A stretch of 64,000 bases of DNA from Minisyncoccota bacterium (GTDB taxonomy: Bacteria; Patescibacteriota; Minisyncoccia; Phycocordibacterales; GCA-2401445), in the NCBI GenBank assembly GCA_040879725.1, contig JBBDJV010000008.1, positions 17,856 through 81,855 of the forward strand, given 5' to 3'. The notes under the pieces were generated by a model that was not told the DNA's origin, made no database searches, and saw nothing but the letters and a program-made list of their open reading frames with translations. Of the stretch, positions 59,663 through 64,000 are shown in pieces (position 1 is the stretch's first letter; each line of letters opens with the position of its first letter). Position numbers and translations under genes: made by a program.

Positions 59663-62600
59663 ATGAAGAAAGATTTTGTCCACTTACACACACACAGTCA
59701 CTATAGCCTGCTTTCAGCACTCCCAAAGATCCCAGAGCTTGTTTTAGAGGCCAAGAAATCCAACATGCGTGCTATTGCTCTTACCGACGCAGGCAATATG
59801 TACGGAGCGATTGAGTTCTATAAAACGTGCAAGAAAAACGATATTAAACCAATTATCGGCATAGACTGCTACGTAGCGGAGCGAACTCGTTTTGATAAAC
59901 AAGCAGGAGTAGATAACCGACGAACTCGTATTGTGCTCCTAGCTAAGGATAACCAAGGATATAAAAACCTTATTGAAATTGCGACCCGATCTTTTATTGA
60001 CGGTTTTTACTATAAACCCCGAGTAGACAGAGAGTTGCTCACAGAATACAAATCTGGACTTATTGCGATTATCCCTATTGGGAGCAGTAATGTTAGTAAC
60101 GCCCTTCAGAGCAATGACACAGAGCGCGCCCTTGAGCTTGCTCGTTGGTACGCATCCACCTATCCGGATAATACCTATCTTGAGATAACTCACAATCCTG
60201 AACTTGCTGATCATAATGACTTGGTTGAAAAAACAATCACACTTTCAAAGGATGCAAATATTCCACTTGTTGCGACTCATAATATTTATTACCTTCGAAA
60301 AGAAGACAGACTTGCTAGACAAACTCTCATGTCTGTTCAGTCTGGTGGCGCGCGTGAAAAGCTAAATGATCCAAACGAGGACTTTTCTTTTAAGACTACT
60401 GATGAAATGTGTGATGCGTTTGGTCACATTCCAGAAGCAGTACAAAACTCAGTCACCATTGCAGACTCTTGTAATGTTGAACTTGATCTTGGAACGTGGG
60501 TATTCCCCAACATCGAAACATACGGCTTTGAGACCCACGATGACGCACTTCGTGACAAGGTATACAAAGGAATTGAAATTAGAGGTGTTGAGAAAACAAA
60601 AGAGTTAACAGACAGAATTGAATATGAATTAGATATCATTAAAACCAAGGGATATGCTCCTTACTTTCTTGTTGTAGCTGATTTGCTTAACTTTGCTCAC
60701 TCTGAAAAAATACTAACGACAATTCGAGGTTCTGTTGCAGGTTCATTGGTTACCTATCTTTCCTTAATTACAAACGTAAACCCGCTTGAATACAAGCTTC
60801 CTTTTGAACGTTTCCTTAACCCAGAAAGACCTTCTGCTCCTGACATAGATATGGACTATGCTGATAATAGGCGTGATGAGGTTATTGAGTATGCACGAAG
60901 AAAGTACGGAGCGAATAGTGTTGCTCAGATTGGTACATTTGGAACCATGATGGCACGAGGTGCAGTAAGAGATGTTGCGCGCGCACTTGGATATGACTAC
61001 GCAATTGGAGATCAAATAGCAAAACTTGTTCCTATGGGATCACAAGGTTTTCCAATGACACTTGAAAGAGCTCTTGAAATAGAGCCTGAACTGCAGAAAC
61101 TGTACCGCTCAGACGATGAGGCTAAAGAGATAATAGACATGGCAAGGAAGATCGAAGGTTGTGCGCGTCACATTTCCGTGCACGCAGCCGGAGTTGTTAT
61201 TTCGCCATCAAAGCTTACCGACTTTACCCCACTGCAGTACGATACAAAGGGGGAACAAAAACTAATTACCCAGTATGACATGCATGGTGTTGAAGATGCA
61301 GGTCTGCTTAAATTCGACTTTTTGGGTTTGAAAAACCTTTCTATTCTCGCTGATGCGGTTGAGAGAGTAAAAGTTTACAAAAAAATTGACATAGATATTG
61401 AACGTATCCCTCTTGATGACCCTAAAACTTTTTCTATTTTAGCGAAGGGAGAAACGGTGGGGCTATTTCAGCTAAACGGTTCTGGTATGACGCGCTTTTT
61501 GAAAGAGCTGAAGCCGTCAACCATCCACGATATCAATGCCATGGTTGCGCTCTATCGACCTGGACCGATGGAATCAATTCCCCAGTACATTGAGAGAAAA
61601 CACAATCCTCGTTTAGTTACGTATTTAGATGAGCGCCTAAAACCAATCCTCGAACAGTCTTACGGAGTAATAACCTATCAAGACGACGTCATGCTTATAG
61701 CTATTCACCTCGCTGGTTACTCTTGGCTCGAGGCTGATAAATTGCGTAAGGCAATGGGTAAAAAAATTCCAAAGGAAATGGAGGCTCAAAAGGAAAAGCT
61801 TCATGAAGGCTTTCTTAAAAATGGCTTAAGCAAAGAACTTACAGAGAAATTATGGAAGCTCATTGAGCCGTTTGCTGCGTACGGTTTTAACAAGGCCCAC
61901 GCTGCAAGCTACGGCCGTGTTGCGTATCAAACCGCATACATGAAGGCGAACTTCCCTGCAATATACATGTCAGCCGTTTTGACTGCTGATTCAGGAGACA
62001 CGGAGAAAATTAGTGAAATTATCGGTGAATGTAAGCGAATGAATATAAACGTGCTTCCTCCTGATATAAATTACAGCTTCGAGGGCTTCACGGTTGTTGA
62101 GGAAGATGGAAGTGAACACATTCGTTTCGGATTAACCACCATTAAAAACTTTGGTGAAGGCATCGCACATTCTATCATTGGAGAAAGAAACAAGAATGGA
62201 CACTTCAAATCGCTTGCGGATTTTCTTAAGCGCATTGGAGACAGAAACCTAAACAAGAAATCACTAGAGTCTCTTATAAAAACCGGAGCTCTTGATTCAT
62301 TCGGACAGCGTTCTGCAATGCTCGCTCACTTAGACCACTTGCTTACCTACAACAAAGAAGCAACCCGTACACCTGAAAACCAAGATTCTCTCTTTGCGGG
62401 CTTTGACGACACAATGGAAGAGATTAAACTACCCAAAGCAGAACCGCTAACAGATAAAGAGCGCCTTCAGTGGGAAAAGGAACTACTTGGTTTATATGTA
62501 AGTGGTCATCCACTTGATGCATTTTCATCTGTGTTTGAAAAACAGACATCAGGTATCGATAAGCTGGGAGGAGCACACGAGGGAGTTTCGTTTATTATTC

Positions 62601-62854
62601 CCGGAATAATTGCAGAAACAAAACCCATTATGACAAAAAAGGGCAAACGAATGATGTTTGTTACTATTGCCGACTATACCGGATCGATTGAAGGGGTAGT
62701 ATTTCCAGAAACACTTGAAGAGTATACCGACCTGCTTATTCCAGATACCTGCGTTGCTGTTAAAGGGAAGTTTTCAAAAAGGAACGGAACTCCAAGTATC
62801 ATCATTGAGAAAATCAAACTCCTCGAAGAAGTTTCAAACAAAAAAACCGCTTAA
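59663..62854 (+). CDS. dnaE: DNA polymerase III alpha subunit
   Basis: PHP domain HLHTHSHYSLL, RGSVAGS, PDIDMD, KFDFLGL, YGFNKAHA, OB fold. Confidence 0.97.
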   Translation: MKKDFVHLHTHSHYSLLSALPKIPELVLEAKKSNMRAIALTDAGNMYGAIEFYKTCKKNDIKPIIGIDCYVAERTRFDKQAGVDNRRTRIVLLAKDNQGYKNLIEIATRSFIDGFYYKPRVDRELLTEYKSGLIAIIPIGSSNVSNALQSNDTERALELARWYASTYPDNTYLEITHNPELADHNDLVEKTITLSKDANIPLVATHNIYYLRKEDRLARQTLMSVQSGGAREKLNDPNEDFSFKTTDEMCDAFGHIPEAVQNSVTIADSCNVELDLGTWVFPNIETYGFETHDDALRDKVYKGIEIRGVEKTKELTDRIEYELDIIKTKGYAPYFLVVADLLNFAHSEKILTTIRGSVAGSLVTYLSLITNVNPLEYKLPFERFLNPERPSAPDIDMDYADNRRDEVIEYARRKYGANSVAQIGTFGTMMARGAVRDVARALGYDYAIGDQIAKLVPMGSQGFPMTLERALEIEPELQKLYRSDDEAKEIIDMARKIEGCARHISVHAAGVVISPSKLTDFTPLQYDTKGEQKLITQYDMHGVEDAGLLKFDFLGLKNLSILADAVERVKVYKKIDIDIERIPLDDPKTFSILAKGETVGLFQLNGSGMTRFLKELKPSTIHDINAMVALYRPGPMESIPQYIERKHNPRLVTYLDERLKPILEQSYGVITYQDDVMLIAIHLAGYSWLEADKLRKAMGKKIPKEMEAQKEKLHEGFLKNGLSKELTEKLWKLIEPFAAYGFNKAHAASYGRVAYQTAYMKANFPAIYMSAVLTADSGDTEKISEIIGECKRMNINVLPPDINYSFEGFTVVEEDGSEHIRFGLTTIKNFGEGIAHSIIGERNKNGHFKSLADFLKRIGDRNLNKKSLESLIKTGALDSFGQRSAMLAHLDHLLTYNKEATRTPENQDSLFAGFDDTMEEIKLPKAEPLTDKERLQWEKELLGLYVSGHPLDAFSSVFEKQTSGIDKLGGAHEGVSFIIPGIIAETKPIMTKKGKRMMFVTIADYTGSIEGVVFPETLEEYTDLLIPDTCVAVKGKFSKRNGTPSIIIEKIKLLEEVSNKKTA

Positions 62855-62872
62855 AGCGGTTTTTTTGTTTTT
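62836..62872. terminator. Bidirectional terminator between dnaE and the surface protein gene
   Basis: AAAAAAACCGCT-TAA-AGCGGTTTTTTT with A and T tails. Confidence 0.85.
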
Positions 62873-62886
62873 GGATTAAGATTGGA

Positions 62887-63999
62887 TTAAGAATTAAGAG
62901 CACTTACGAGCGAAAGTTGTGTCGCAGTATATGCATCGTTGTATGTCATATTTACTGCTCGAAGAAGTTGAGTGATAAGACTTTCAAGTTGTACGTCACT
63001 CCACTGTGAGTATAGTGCAACTAATTCAGGATCTGCATTAGCGTATGTTCCCTCTACTCTGTCTCTATAGACTGCATCGAGGCTTGATACGACATGAGCC
63101 ATGTATTCTGAAAATAGCACATGCTCTGCTCGGAGCGTTCTGATAATTGAAAACACAAGTCCATTATCTCTTACTGCTATTCCACTAAGGAGAGCGTTCA
63201 CGTCATAGGTATCAGAATGAGATGCATCATTGTTTACAACTGTTTTATTCTGTTCCTCAGCTATTCGTCTTTGTGGAGGTGTTGTATTTTCATACTTCAT
63301 GTGATGAGGTAATTCTCCATAGCTTGGTGGACGTGTTGCGGTAATATGCTCTTCAGTATCCATAGGCACATTTCCGTGGTTTTGTTGTGTATTATTTTGT
63401 GAGTTTGCTCCAAATGATGAAAGTAGTGGATGAATATTATCTTGTTGCATCATCATCTGGTTTGATCTGTTCGGAGATACGGTAGGACGTGCGATTTTCC
63501 GTGCCATTGCGTAGGCAATAACTCCACTTAGTATGATTGCTGATAGTACAACAAGCATTGTTTTTGCCGTTGGTCCCAAACCAGTATACGGAATAGAGCT
63601 AAGATACACGAAGGCAAAATTATCTTCTACTTCTTCCTGTGGAACAAATTTCTTTAGAAGAAGCACGTTTGGTGGAGTTGGACCTCCTCCTCCACAACCA
63701 CCAATACATCCACCGCCACCTGAAGTAACTATTGTTTTACATTCCTTTGTAATACTTTCTGTTCCTGATGTAACTTCTATGGTTGCTGTTTTTGTACCTG
63801 TTGTTGTATACGAAGTGTTAACTGATTCGGTTGTTTTTCCGTTTACTCCATCTCCGCTCCAGTTATATATATATCCACCTACTCCACCTACTGCATTTGC
63901 ACTGAAAGTTACTAAAGCACCAACACCAACACTGCTATCACTTACTTCACAAACCGCGTCAAAAGGTGAACCTCCTGTTCCACCGATGACCTCAACAGT
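62887..63999 (-). CDS. Partial (5'-truncated) surface protein: PKD/Ig-like domain, Gly/Cys linker, IPYTG motif, TM helix, cytoplasmic tail
   Basis: The frame of the 62887-63666 ORF stays open to the window edge: ...VTFSANAVGGVGGYIYNWSGD...YTTTGTKTATIEVTSG...GGGGCIGGCGGGGPTPP... Confidence 0.8.
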   Translation of the reverse strand, partial: TVEVIGGTGGSPFDAVCEVSDSSVGVGALVTFSANAVGGVGGYIYNWSGDGVNGKTTESVNTSYTTTGTKTATIEVTSGTESITKECKTIVTSGGGGCIGGCGGGGPTPPNVLLLKKFVPQEEVEDNFAFVYLSSIPYTGLGPTAKTMLVVLSAIILSGVIAYAMARKIARPTVSPNRSNQMMMQQDNIHPLLSSFGANSQNNTQQNHGNVPMDTEEHITATRPPSYGELPHHMKYENTTPPQRRIAEEQNKTVVNNDASHSDTYDVNALLSGIAVRDNGLVFSIIRTLRAEHVLFSEYMAHVVSSLDAVYRDRVEGTYANADPELVALYSQWSDVQLESLITQLLRAVNMTYNDAYTATQLSLVSALNS

Positions 64000-64000
64000 A

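Overview
This 64-kb window is a gene-dense chromosomal segment of roughly 40% GC (estimated by eye). TGA is used as a stop codon, so the standard bacterial code applies. Gene content and style suggest a Patescibacteria/CPR (Parcubacteria-like) genome; this is inference from compact proteins, almost no Shine-Dalgarno motifs, a GAD-less AspRS and a NusB-Nudix fusion. Most genes are housekeeping and on the minus strand: cysS, gltX, aspS, trpS, murG-ftsW-mraY, scpAB, rpsP-khpA-trmD, rpoB-rpoC-dnaG-rpoD-UvrD, and rnhB-rpmF-nusB-rnc-smc. thrS, rnr and dnaE are on the plus strand. There is also a complete nine-gene V/A-type ATPase operon with a Na+-type K ring. An accessory patch at about 27.3-35.7 kb holds a GC-shifted thrS, an HDAC-family deacetylase, an orphan DUF397 protein, an alpha/beta hydrolase and a low-GC three-gene cassette. 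The best candidates for undescribed biology are: (1) that cassette, an acyltransferase plus a cryptic class II aldolase-fold metalloenzyme plus a 7TM histidine kinase, which looks like a signal-synthase/receptor module; (2) an SMC of about 750 aa with intact ATPase heads but no recognisable hinge, with ScpA and ScpB present; (3) a pervasive extended -10 / 6-7 nt / start-codon (leaderless) architecture; (4) a loop-less 50-bp palindrome, dif-like 11-6-11 sites, and an RNase III-sized duplex just upstream of rnc. I recognised no rRNA, tRNA, CRISPR array or transposase. All calls come from motif recognition by eye; no searches were run.
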